The notes: generated by a model from the sequence alone, not told the origin. Counted from the stretch's first letter, positions 20,034-28,970 are shown. The stretch is DNA of 64,000 nucleotides from Candidatus Bipolaricaulota bacterium (GCA_028277345.1 JANQGM010000011.1:206-64205); one strand, 5' to 3'. Numbers and translations: made by a program.

Positions 20034-20508
20034 TCCCCAACTCAACGGATACCAAGAATCACTGGAGCTGGTAAGGTATGAGGGGAGCCTACTGTGGCAG
20101 ATCTTTGGAGCGTTTCTGCTTGCACACACAGTCTTCCTTGGGTTTGCTTTGAGCCTCGCTCTCACTGAAGACGCGCTTGCTCAGTGGCAACTGGGATCGT
20201 TCCTTCTCGGACTCATGGGCCTTCTTCTTTGCCTGCCCTGGTGGTCGTGTTTCCGGCGCAATTCCATCTACTACATCTTTCGCATGGCACAAGCCCGGGA
20301 GAAGGAACCGGTGGGATGGGATCTTGTCGCGGGCAAGGGGAAGAGACTCGCCGAGGGGGAGTGTGTACAGGTTGGAGGTGAATGCCATCAGATCCGCGGT
20401 GTTTCACGATGGCTTCGTACCAGAAGAGCCGTTCCGCTCCTGATCATTGCCTTTGCGTTGGCGTACGCTTTCGTGGTCGCTGCGAGTGGTCCCTGGTGGA
20501 TCAAATGA
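20014..20508 (+). CDS. Small 3-4 TM membrane protein, translationally coupled to hsdM (start overlaps hsdM 3' end)
   Basis: 164 aa from ATG 20014 with AAGGAGAAGAA RBS; three hydrophobic helices; longer ORF-track start (19726) rejected because it overlaps hsdM in another frame. Confidence 0.55.
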   Translation: MQTPPSSPQLNGYQESLELVRYEGSLLWQIFGAFLLAHTVFLGFALSLALTEDALAQWQLGSFLLGLMGLLLCLPWWSCFRRNSIYYIFRMAQAREKEPVGWDLVAGKGKRLAEGECVQVGGECHQIRGVSRWLRTRRAVPLLIIAFALAYAFVVAASGPWWIK

Positions 20509-20562
20509 TGTGCTTTCGTGGATTCCCTACTGGCAGAGCCCTGAAATCTCAAGGAGACCGAG

Positions 20563-21492
20563 ATGCTGATATCAGAGGCTGAGCAGTACCACGCTGCACC
20601 TTTCGAGTCAGAGGCCGAGCTCGAGCAGGTTGTTTGGGAGAACTCGGAACTCCTCTTCGGCGCAAACGCCATCTTCCTTCCCAAAGCTAAGATAGGAATC
20701 TCAAGCAAGGCTCAGACAATCCCGGATGGATTCGCCATCGACCTTGAGTCCAATCGCTGGTTCATCGTTGAAGCCGAGTTGGCGTCTCATGGAACCTGGC
20801 ACCACATCGCGCCTCAGATCTCCAAGCAGGTCACTGCACTTGAGGCTCCAGAGACTCGCGAGAAAATCCTGGGAATGGCTCTGGCCGCGATTCAGGATGA
20901 TGAGCAGGTCAAAGACGCGATCGCGGATCTGGGCATCCCTGAGATTGAGATTCACGGCAGGCTACAAGCAGTCTTGAGGAAGCCACCAGTCGTCGCCATC
21001 CCTATCGATGCTGTTCCAAGAGACCTTGAATCTTGGACACGCTCACTCAAGTACGATGTGCAGACGTGGATTATCGAGAAGTACGTCACGCTCGACGGCA
21101 CGAAGGTCATGTACTCCCTGCCTGAGCAGAACAGACCAACGATTCCAACACCTCGTGACGACGGGAACTCCGGCTCCACAGGCACGCAGCCCTATGCGGA
21201 TCTTCTCAATGCTGAGATGATCCAGGTCGGGCAGAAGGTGCACATGAAGTACGGCCCGAAGAGCGGACGCAAGGAGATTTTCCACGGCCTCTTGCGCGAA
21301 GAGGGTGTAGAAGTCAATGGGCGGGTCATGTCACTCAGCACCGCCGCACTGCTTTGCATTCGAACGATCAACCCTGCGCGCAAATCCGTCAATGGCTGGA
21401 AGAAATGGAAGACTGAGGACGGCGATACCCTAAACGAGATCTATGCAAGATACGAACAGCAGGCTGCAGAAACCGAGAAAGAGAGTGACTAG
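20563..21492 (+). CDS. Two-domain hypothetical protein: N-terminal PD-(D/E)xK-like nuclease core (IPDGFAID...WFIVEAEL), C-terminal ~100-aa domain of unknown function (KYGPKSGRKE...GRVMSLSTAALLCI)
   Basis: Motif-level resemblance to restriction-endonuclease fold; defence-island context. No catalytic Lys unambiguously placed. Confidence 0.5.
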   Translation: MLISEAEQYHAAPFESEAELEQVVWENSELLFGANAIFLPKAKIGISSKAQTIPDGFAIDLESNRWFIVEAELASHGTWHHIAPQISKQVTALEAPETREKILGMALAAIQDDEQVKDAIADLGIPEIEIHGRLQAVLRKPPVVAIPIDAVPRDLESWTRSLKYDVQTWIIEKYVTLDGTKVMYSLPEQNRPTIPTPRDDGNSGSTGTQPYADLLNAEMIQVGQKVHMKYGPKSGRKEIFHGLLREEGVEVNGRVMSLSTAALLCIRTINPARKSVNGWKKWKTEDGDTLNEIYARYEQQAAETEKESD

Positions 21493-21536
21493 CAAGTACA
21501 AGTTCTCGAATCGACTGCATTGGATGTAAGACCCTG

Positions 21537-23018
21537 ATGATCACTGCATCAATGCTCTATAGCTTCTCGTGCTGCCCACACCGGGTTACGCTCGACCTAT
21601 TCGGAGATCCTACTGTGAGGGATCCCATCAGCCCTTTCGTTCAACTGTTTTGGGAGCGGGGGCATGCCTTCGAGGTTGACACCATCAAGAACCTCGGAGT
21701 TCCCTTTCTCAACCTGCGTGATGTCCCGCTTGCCGAAAGAGAGGAATTGACCTCGCGCGCCATGGTGCAGGGGGAAGAGCTAATCTATGGAGGCCGGATC
21801 TCTCATAGCAATTTGCTCGGTGAGCCCGATCTCTTGCGGAAGACAGATGACGGCTATATCCCAGGCGACATCAAGAGCGGAGCAGGTTTGGAGGGCACGT
21901 CCGAAGAGGTGACCGGCAAACCCAAGAAGCAGTACGCTCTGCAGCTCGCGCTGTATTCCGACATCCTGCAAAGAAAAGGGTCAGCACTCACCCGCGATTC
22001 CTTCATTTGGGATATCCATGGGCAGGAAGTTGTCTATAACCTTTCGGAGCGTCGTGGCCCCAGAACACCTCACACCATGTGGGAGGAGTATGAGGACGCG
22101 CTGGAGACAGTCACCGGCATTTCGAAGAAAGCGGTCGAGACTCAGCCCGGATTGATCGGTGAGTGCAAGCTTTGTCCATGGCAAAGCCACTGCCGCCGGG
22201 AAATCCTGCGAGCGGATGATCTGACCTTGATCACGAGCCTCGGCCTGAGCAAACGATCCGGATTCCCTCCTGAGATTCGCACGGTTCAGGCCTTGGCGGA
22301 TGCCGATATCGAGACGTACATCCAAGGAAAGAAGACAGCGATTCCTGGGATTGGCGCGAACACCTTGCGGACCTTTCATGCCCGCGCCGTACTGCAGAAA
22401 ATGCCTAATGCAATCCCCTATTTCACAGACCCGGTCGACCTTCCCAGGTCTCCCATCGAACTATTCTTCGATATCGAAACCGATCCATTCCGCGATCTCT
22501 GCTATCTGCACGGTTTCGTCAAACGCGAACATGGGAACAACGATTCGGAAGAATTCATTGCGTTCACGGCTGATGAAACCACCCCAGAGCAGGAGAAGGC
22601 AGCTTTCGCTCAAGCGTGGGAATTCGTTCAGGAATACAGCGATGCCTTCGTCTATTACTACTCACACTATGAGCGAACGACGTGGAAGAAGCTGGCCCGA
22701 CGCTATCCGGATGTAGCATCCGAGGACGACGTGATAGCCCTGTACGAGCAGCCGCGCTTCGTTGATCTGTACAATGATGTCGTGCGATCGAAGATGATCT
22801 GGCCCACGCATTCCCTGTCCATCAAGCCGTTGGCCAAGTCCATCGGATTCCAATGGCGAGACACTGATCCTTCTGGAGCTGCATCGGTTCAGTGGTTCAA
22901 TGACTGGGTGGAGTCCGGCAACGTAACCATCTGGAATCGCATCCTCCAATACAACGAGGATGACTGCCGAGCCATGCGCATCCTCGCCGATGAACTCCGA
23001 CGATTGGAAAGCTCGTAG
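21537..23018 (+). CDS. RecB-family nuclease, TM0106 type (Cas4-like N-terminal PD-(D/E)xK with Fe-S cysteines + C-terminal RNase H-like exonuclease domain)
   Basis: N-terminal Cys (SCCPHRV), DIK motif, C-x2-C-x5-C (CKLCPWQSHC), HhH-like segment, then 'LFFDIETDP' RNase-H-like acidic motif. Confidence 0.75.
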   Translation: MITASMLYSFSCCPHRVTLDLFGDPTVRDPISPFVQLFWERGHAFEVDTIKNLGVPFLNLRDVPLAEREELTSRAMVQGEELIYGGRISHSNLLGEPDLLRKTDDGYIPGDIKSGAGLEGTSEEVTGKPKKQYALQLALYSDILQRKGSALTRDSFIWDIHGQEVVYNLSERRGPRTPHTMWEEYEDALETVTGISKKAVETQPGLIGECKLCPWQSHCRREILRADDLTLITSLGLSKRSGFPPEIRTVQALADADIETYIQGKKTAIPGIGANTLRTFHARAVLQKMPNAIPYFTDPVDLPRSPIELFFDIETDPFRDLCYLHGFVKREHGNNDSEEFIAFTADETTPEQEKAAFAQAWEFVQEYSDAFVYYYSHYERTTWKKLARRYPDVASEDDVIALYEQPRFVDLYNDVVRSKMIWPTHSLSIKPLAKSIGFQWRDTDPSGAASVQWFNDWVESGNVTIWNRILQYNEDDCRAMRILADELRRLESS

Positions 23019-23076
23019 CTCCTCATCGTGCGGGCTATCAGGTGACAAGGGTGCATAGGTAAGTATTGTAGACAAA

Positions 23077-23107
23077 ATGCATACGATCGTATACGATAAG
23101 CATACGG
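23077..23107. promoter_or_regulatory. Operator-like palindrome ATACGATCGTAT flanked by GCATACG direct repeats, immediately upstream of wHTH-nucleotidyltransferase gene
   Basis: Seen in sequence (aaatGCATACGATCGTATACGATAAGCATACGgtg); likely autoregulatory site for the wHTH domain. Confidence 0.4.
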
Positions 23108-23116
23108 TGATAAAGC

Positions 23117-23713
23117 ATGCTCACAAAGCTGTTTGGATCGAATGCGCGCGTCAAGGTTCTAGAGCTCTTTGCGCTCAATGCTAGCAGCGAGTTCTACCTA
23201 CGCGAGATCGCGCAGCGGACAGGCCTAGCACTTCGATCTGTGCAACGAGCCGTAGAAGACCTCACAGAGATACACATTCTGATTCGAGAGAAGCGTGGTA
23301 ACGCCGTCTATTTCCGGCTGAATGGTGAGAATCCCATTACCGAGGACTTGAAGTCGATACTGCTGAAGACCGTCGGGCTCGCTGACCTGATTCTCGCGGA
23401 GCTAGGAGCCGAGTCGAGGATCGATGTGGCATTCATCTTCGGATCGGTCGCGAAGGGCGAAGAGCTGCCAACCAGCGATATCGACATCGCACTCGTTGGG
23501 GACATCCTTTCTCGCAGGCTCGCGGACCTTGTTGAGCGCCTCGAACAGAAAACGAAGAGGGAAGTTAACATTACCCCGTTCAGCTGCGAGGAATGGGGGG
23601 AGCGGATCTCGGCGGGTGATCACTTCGCGACAACACTACTCAGAGAGCCGAAGATCATGCTGCTCGGCCACACGAAGGAGCTGAAAACACTTGGGAGGGC
23701 GAATGAATCCTAG
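23117..23713 (+). CDS. Winged-HTH + nucleotidyltransferase (MNT-type, GSxxxG...DIDIAL) antitoxin-like protein
   Basis: N-terminal wHTH (ArsR-like), minimal NTase motif FGSVAKGEELPTSDIDIALV. Confidence 0.75.
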   Translation: MLTKLFGSNARVKVLELFALNASSEFYLREIAQRTGLALRSVQRAVEDLTEIHILIREKRGNAVYFRLNGENPITEDLKSILLKTVGLADLILAELGAESRIDVAFIFGSVAKGEELPTSDIDIALVGDILSRRLADLVERLEQKTKREVNITPFSCEEWGERISAGDHFATTLLREPKIMLLGHTKELKTLGRANES

Positions 23714-24005
23714 GATGCAGCCCACTTCGTCTGCCGAGATCAAAAGCTTGATGGCTATCGTCGAGCGCGATCTGCGGCAAGCAGATCTTCCTGGACTGCA
23801 TTCTGATGGGGTCTTTGGATTTCTCTACAACGCAGCTCTTTAGCTGGCAACAATCCTGGTCCGGCTCGAAGGTGAGCGATTTGGAGGCGCAGGCCACCAT
23901 CGTGAGTCGATTCGCCGTGCCCGCGACCTTGTTACTGACGACCTGAGTTCGGCGATCATTGTGTTCGAAAACATCACGACGGAAGCGCAACGCGTCGGTC
24001 TATGA
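23703..24005 (+). pseudogene. Candidate toxin-partner ORF downstream of MNT, interrupted by in-frame amber stop (TAG at 23841-23843); possibly degenerated HEPN-type protein
   Basis: ATG overlaps MNT stop; 46 codons, TAG, then 53 more sense codons in the same frame (LATILVRLEGERFGGAGHHRESIRRARDL...). HEPN assignment is inference from position only. Confidence 0.35.
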
Positions 24006-24224
24006 CAAGGTGTGAGTGATTACACAGACAGACATCACAAACTTGAGAGAGGCCATCGACTCGATCAAATCGTGGGTTCAGGAACAAGCCAAACCCTTGT
24101 TGGACGAGTAGTTTCAGCAGTTCAAGGAATACATGCCGCAACTCCACGCGCCCGCAAGATATGGTATATATCGCCAAACTATGAACTAAACGTATGGTCC
24201 ACGGCTCTCTAACCCAAGCAGTAC

Positions 24225-24400
24225 TATGATCGATATTTAAAACTTTCGATCATAACCTTCATTCATCGTGATCGCCTTGCTCAAGTCAATCGCAGCTATG
24301 ATCGATTTAGCTCTCTTTCGAATATAATTTGATGCTCGTGTGTCAGCATCGATCTTGTATCGCACGCTTATGATCGATATACTTTGATATCGATCATAAG
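24225..24400. promoter_or_regulatory. AT-rich (low-GC) leader with three ATGATCGAT-type inverted repeats; best copy CTTATGATCGATAT-N6-ATATCGATCATAAG (24367-24400) abuts Fic RBS
   Basis: Seen in sequence; perfect 14-bp arms; GC content drops sharply relative to flanks. Confidence 0.5.
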
Positions 24401-24408
24401 GAGGAGCC

Positions 24409-25554
24409 ATGCCACAGCCGGGACGCTGGATCGAGCTCCCCGAAGGATACACTGTATTCCTTCCCGAGCCTTTGCCCCCATCGTTTGACTGGACGACTCG
24501 GCTGATCAACGCACTGTCGGATGCGGACCGCGCTGTAGGGCGTTTGGCCGGAGAGGGACGCCGTCTGCCCAACCCCCACATTCTCATCCGCCCGTTTGTG
24601 GCCCGAGAGGCCGTTCTGTCGAGCAAGATCGAAGGAACACAGGCCACGCTGGGAGAATTGCTCGCTGCGGAAGCCGGCGCTGTCGTCAATCACAGCCCTG
24701 ACGATCTTCGTGAAGTTGCCAACTACGTCGTTGCGTTGGAACACGGCATGGCCCAACTGGACACCACCGGCTTGACCGTGGAGTTGCTTCGCGAGGTTCA
24801 TGCCAAATTACTGGTCGGTGTGCGAGGAGAACACGCCCGCCCCGGCGAGTTCAGAGACAGGCAAAACTGGATTGGGTTGCCCGGCTCAACTCCGCACACC
24901 GCCGTCTTCGTTCCGCCTCCGCCCGGAGAGGTTGCCTCGCTACTGGAGTCCCTCGAGCGCTTTCTGCAGCAAGAATCGCTTCCTCCGCTTGTCTCGATTG
25001 CACTTGCCCACTACCAGTTCGAAGCCATCCATCCCTTCCTCGATGGAAACGGCCGGGTGGGGCGGTTGTTGATTACGCTCTTCTTCCATGCGCGCAAGGT
25101 GCTCCCCTCGCCGCTTCTGTACCTAAGCGCATTCTTCGAAGCATCGCGCCGAGAGTACTACAGCGAACTTCGCGCCGTCTCAGAGCAGGGGGTTTGGGAG
25201 GACTGGTTGGTCTACTTCCTCAACGGAGTGGCCCGCCAGTCTGAGGATGCCGTCGATCGCTCCACACGGATGCTCGCGTTGATGGATACGTGGCGGTTGC
25301 GGGCCGCTGCGCTGTCGTCAGATACACCGTTGCGCGTGCTGGAGTTACTCGCCGGCAATCCCTTCCTAACCGCCGCCGGAGTCGAAGCTCAACTCGGCGT
25401 CGCACGGTCAACCGCCGCGAGAGCGATCACGCGCCTCGTCGAGCTAGGAATCGTCGAACCCGCAGACGAGCGCCAACGGGATCGCGCCTACTGCGCGCGC
25501 GCGTTACTGAAAATCCTGGAAGAGCCGACGAGATTAGAGATTCGGCACCCCTAG
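24409..25554 (+). CDS. Fic family protein (AMPylator-type; HPFxDGNGR motif) with C-terminal wHTH
   Basis: Fic motif HPFLDGNGRVGR; Fic_N-like N-terminus; GAGGAG RBS. Confidence 0.9.
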   Translation: MPQPGRWIELPEGYTVFLPEPLPPSFDWTTRLINALSDADRAVGRLAGEGRRLPNPHILIRPFVAREAVLSSKIEGTQATLGELLAAEAGAVVNHSPDDLREVANYVVALEHGMAQLDTTGLTVELLREVHAKLLVGVRGEHARPGEFRDRQNWIGLPGSTPHTAVFVPPPPGEVASLLESLERFLQQESLPPLVSIALAHYQFEAIHPFLDGNGRVGRLLITLFFHARKVLPSPLLYLSAFFEASRREYYSELRAVSEQGVWEDWLVYFLNGVARQSEDAVDRSTRMLALMDTWRLRAAALSSDTPLRVLELLAGNPFLTAAGVEAQLGVARSTAARAITRLVELGIVEPADERQRDRAYCARALLKILEEPTRLEIRHP

Positions 25555-25579
25555 CCTATACCATTCGGCCCGAGCACGA

Positions 25580-25644
25580 TGGCAGCGCATTTGACCACAT
25601 AAGGCGCTGCCAGACCCTTCCATTGTTACATGCGCTGCCATACC
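25580..25644. repeat. Copy of dispersed REP-like element (GCTGCCAGACCCTTCCATTGTTACATGCGCTGCCATACC)
   Basis: Matches core of 4150-4190 element. Confidence 0.5.
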
Positions 25645-25655
25645 TTTTCCCCACT

Positions 25656-25799
25656 ATGACCAAAGGAATCGTGCTCGAAGAAGTCGAAGGCGTCTATCGG
25701 GTGATCAAGCTATCGCAGCTATGTGAGACTCCTGGGGTTCAGTTTGATGTTGGCCGCCCATTTGACTACAGAAGGGACAGCTTAGGAGAACGGAAATAA
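25656..25799 (+). pseudogene. 47-codon remnant duplicating the N-terminus of the downstream cupin gene (MTKGIVLEEVEGVYRVIKLSQL...)
   Basis: ~75% nt identity to 25902-26000; terminates after 47 codons. Confidence 0.4.
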
Positions 25800-25901
25800 G
25801 AAGAAGCTCGTTCTCCATTGACGATTCGGGAGTCTCCCGCAATCGCATGCTGCCCGACGAAACCATGGCCGTCGGCGAGCTTTCGCAGTACTCTCTTCAA
25901 C

Positions 25902-26450
25902 ATGCACAAAGGGATCGTTTTAGAGGAAGTTGAGGGAGTATACAGGGTGTTGCTGCTATCGCGATTGCGTGAAACACCGGGAGTTGCGTTCGACGTTTTG
26001 CCCCCGAGATTGGTGCCACGGGTGGATGCCATCGACCGGGTCATTCACGCAGCAGGGGCACTGTCTCCAGGATCGGTCGGTGAGATTGAACGACCTTGGT
26101 ACATGCATCCAAACCAAGACGATCACCTGATGGTGCTGGACGGCAAACGCTATGTGGATCTCTATTCGCCACTCGTCGGTCGCGTGATTTCGTTCGAAGT
26201 CGAGCCCGACTGCGTCATTCGGAAAGATGAGGTCATCTGCCAATCTGCAAGTTTGCTCGTCTGGCCTCGCGGTGTGTTCCATCGAATCCGAAGCGATGCG
26301 GCCACTGGATCCCGTTCGGTCAACCTCGCCACGCACTATCCGGGTTTCGATATCGATACTAACTTCAGCATCTACGACCTGAACGTCGAAACCGGGGAGT
26401 ATCACGTCATTAGAGAAGGGTCGGCGGACCAAAACATACTACCAGAGTAA
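25902..26450 (+). CDS. Cupin-fold protein (RmlC/WxcM-like sugar-isomerase/epimerase-type cupin)
   Basis: 182 aa; cupin-like motifs (WYMHPNQDDHLMVLDG, VWPRGVFHRI); assignment to specific family tentative. Confidence 0.5.
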   Translation: MHKGIVLEEVEGVYRVLLLSRLRETPGVAFDVLPPRLVPRVDAIDRVIHAAGALSPGSVGEIERPWYMHPNQDDHLMVLDGKRYVDLYSPLVGRVISFEVEPDCVIRKDEVICQSASLLVWPRGVFHRIRSDAATGSRSVNLATHYPGFDIDTNFSIYDLNVETGEYHVIREGSADQNILPE

Positions 26451-26559
26451 TCGGAGTTCCTAGTTCCGAGCAGAGAGTCGGGAGTTCCAGACATGTATGG
26501 CCAGCGACGCGTTTACTTCTGGGCAAACCTCGCTTTGGTATCCAACCTCTTCGAAGCCG

Positions 26560-26895
26560 CTACCCGATGATCTCATTCAAACCTTCGATGAGTCGGGAGA
26601 TCTGCTCTGTTGAGAGCATGTCAATGGGTTCCCCAATTCGGCTCACCGATAGCGTACGGATCTGGCTGAGCTTGGCCCAAGATCGTTTGGGGAGTGCGCT
26701 GGTTTCGAGCTCTAGCGCCAAGGGGAAGCCTGCACGCTGTGGCTGACTGGTAATCGCCATGGCAATAACGGTTCTCGAGCGCTCGTTGAAAACATTGTGG
26801 CTGACGATCACGACAGGACGTCTCCCACCCTGTTCGTGCCCGCGGACAGGATTCAGATCTGCCCAGCGAATCTCCCCTCTCAGTACTCGGGCCAT
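26560..26895 (-). CDS. mazF: MazF/PemK family endoribonuclease toxin
   Basis: Signature '[15 protein letters not shown]...TVIAMAITS'. Confidence 0.85.
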   Translation of the reverse strand: MARVLRGEIRWADLNPVRGHEQGGRRPVVIVSHNVFNERSRTVIAMAITSQPQRAGFPLALELETSALPKRSWAKLSQIRTLSVSRIGEPIDMLSTEQISRLIEGLNEIIG

Positions 26896-27143
26896 TCCGA
26901 ATACTCCGCCCCAAGCCCTTCTTCAGCCAATGCCTGCTCCTCGGAGGGATCAAGCTTAGCACATTCCTCAGCCAGGCGTGTCTTCTTTAGTCGATTGAGT
27001 TTCTCTGCCACCGCTTCCTGAATCGCTTTGCTTCGGCTTGGGAACACGTTGCTTTTCACGAGTTCGTCAAGCTCTTCCAGCGTTGCTTTCTCGATGCTGA
27101 TTGCAACCTTTGCCATGGTCATGCTCATCACCGGTACTACCAT
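26880..27143 (-). CDS. Ribbon-helix-helix (CopG/MazE-like) antitoxin
   Basis: RHH beta-strand '[16 protein letters not shown]'; overlaps mazF start. Confidence 0.7.
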   Translation of the reverse strand: MVVPVMSMTMAKVAISIEKATLEELDELVKSNVFPSRSKAIQEAVAEKLNRLKKTRLAEECAKLDPSEEQALAEEGLGAEYSEWPEY

Positions 27144-27182
27144 AGGTCATACTCATGGCCGATACAAGCCAACACTCAGTTG

Positions 27183-27349
27183 TCACACAGTGTCGGCAGT
27201 GGGTGCAAGAAGGTGGCCGCCCATGCTTGCACGGCGGGGGCGGCTTGTGAGAACAGCGCACGCCAAATCCCGTTCTCATAAGGCGGTGACTTGCACCCTC
27301 TGCTGCCGCTAATTAATCGTCACGCAGTGTCGGCAGTGGGTGCAAGAAG
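27183..27349. repeat. 32-bp direct repeat TCAC(A/G)CAGTGTCGGCAGTGGGTGCAAGAAGGT (27183-27214 and 27318-27349); second copy is the 3' end of the VOC gene
   Basis: Seen in sequence; indicates local partial duplication. Confidence 0.6.
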
Positions 27350-27681
27350 GTTTGGAGCTCGATGTTGCGGCCTTCGGGGTCTTTGCCGAAGAAATTATAG
27401 ATGCGGTACGTGACGTTCTCTCGAGGCTCGGTCGTCGCCCATTCCTTCAGCTTCACATACATCGCGTCGACATCTTCCCGAGTGTCGTAGAAGAACGTCA
27501 GCAGTGAATCGATGTCGGCGTCCGGTTGGCGATGTAGGCCGACAAGCAGATTGCCGAATCGAAGAATGCTGATGTCGGGCTGTTCAAGCCAAACCGTCAT
27601 CCCAACGCGTTCAAGATAGAACGCCTTCACGGCGTCAAACTGCGCGGTCCTGACGAATACGATGCCTCCAGCCATGAACAT
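27313..27681 (-). CDS. VOC/glyoxalase-like family protein
   Basis: 122 aa, beta-alpha-beta-beta-beta VOC pattern. Confidence 0.7.
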   Translation of the reverse strand: MFMAGGIVFVRTAQFDAVKAFYLERVGMTVWLEQPDISILRFGNLLVGLHRQPDADIDSLLTFFYDTREDVDAMYVKLKEWATTEPRENVTYRIYNFFGKDPEGRNIELQTFLHPLPTLRDD

Positions 27682-27708
27682 AGTTTACGATACCTCTGTG
27701 AAATGCTC

Positions 27709-27981
27709 CTACCGATAGGCTTGATCACGTTTAGCGATCTTGATGACGAGAATGATCAGAAGGTCGTCTTTGATTTCGTAGAGAATTCGGTAGTTTCCGA
27801 CTCGAATTCTATAGTGATCCCGTTCGGTGAGCTTTTCTGCTCCGTGTGGGCGGGGATCATCCATCAACCCTTCTATCCTCTTGAGGATACGATTGACGTC
27901 CTTCTTGGGGATCGAGCGAAGATCCTTAGCAACCGATGTCTTGACTTGAAGACTATAGCTTGCCATTCGCCTTGAGATCAT
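27709..27981 (-). CDS. RelE/ParE family toxin
   Basis: 90 aa; C-terminal 'RIRVGNYRILYEI...IILVIKIAKRDQAY' RelE/ParE signature. Confidence 0.8.
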   Translation of the reverse strand: MISRRMASYSLQVKTSVAKDLRSIPKKDVNRILKRIEGLMDDPRPHGAEKLTERDHYRIRVGNYRILYEIKDDLLIILVIKIAKRDQAYR

Positions 27982-28186
27982 CGAGAAGAGCCTGATACGT
28001 CATCGTAGGCTCGGCGACGCGCTTCGAGATTGCACCCAGATCCTCTTGGTCTTCACTCAAGACTTGGCGCACAGCTTCGTTCACTAAATCGGAGATCGAG
28101 CGATCAGTACTCGCGGCTTTCATGCGCAAAGCCATGTGAATCTCAGGTTCGAAATAAACCGTCGAACGCTTGACCATGGACGTCAC
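27953..28186 (-). CDS. RHH-type antitoxin (ParD/CopG-like)
   Basis: 77 aa, 'STVYFEPEIHMALRMKAASTDRSISDLVNEAV' RHH; overlaps toxin start. Confidence 0.7.
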   Translation of the reverse strand: MTSMVKRSTVYFEPEIHMALRMKAASTDRSISDLVNEAVRQVLSEDQEDLGAISKRVAEPTMTYQALLDDLKANGKL

Positions 28187-28487
28187 CTCGACCGTATTCT
28201 AACGTTTTAGCGTTATAGCATCAAGACATTCCCATGGCACCACCTATCCTTCGTGCTCTTGATCCTGTTCCTATCTCATGAAAAGATCAGAATTCCCCGG
28301 CATACAGGTACGTTCTGCATCTGGATTGAGGTCATCACGAGCCGCGCAGAGATGGCACGCCCGCGAGTTCCTTTCTGCATCCGCACCTTATTGTTTAATT
28401 CACCTATTACATTCAACTCGAATGTGATGCCATCGTCTCCGTCTTGCCGTATGATACTCTTCGGTCACAAGAAACAAGGAGGCCTTT

Positions 28488-28970
28488 ATGCCCAGTCTGT
28501 TCGGTTTGGACTCACGAGTCAGTCTTTGGGTGCTGTTAATCGGGGTGGTCGTTCTCCAGACTGCCGGTATTCAGCTCTTCTTCCGTGGGAGTAAGCGGCA
28601 CGCTTGGGATAGTGCGCTTGCGATCACGCCCCGTATCCGCCGCGCCATCATCGCCTATTGGATTCAACATGTGCTCAGCGGGTTGCCCAGTTTGGCCGTC
28701 ATCGCGGTCGCTTTGCTCGGAGGTTTTGCCATCACCACAGCCGTCGTGCTACTTGCCGCTCTTCTGCTTGTCGGTCTGGGCATCACGTTCTGGATTAACT
28801 TCATCGGCGGCATCCACATCACGCGAGCGGGATTTCGTCCACGCTTCGTTCTGTTTACGCTGTCGGGGGGGACACGTACCCTCTACGTCTTCTATCAGAT
28901 TGCCGCCAACGCAGTCACTGTGGCACTCCTGTGGTGGCTGCTCGTTCAGCAACTGGAGGTCCGCCTTTAG
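28488..28970 (+). CDS. Hypothetical 4-TM membrane protein
   Basis: 160 aa, AAGGAGG RBS, four hydrophobic helices. Confidence 0.5.
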   Translation: MPSLFGLDSRVSLWVLLIGVVVLQTAGIQLFFRGSKRHAWDSALAITPRIRRAIIAYWIQHVLSGLPSLAVIAVALLGGFAITTAVVLLAALLLVGLGITFWINFIGGIHITRAGFRPRFVLFTLSGGTRTLYVFYQIAANAVTVALLWWLLVQQLEVRL

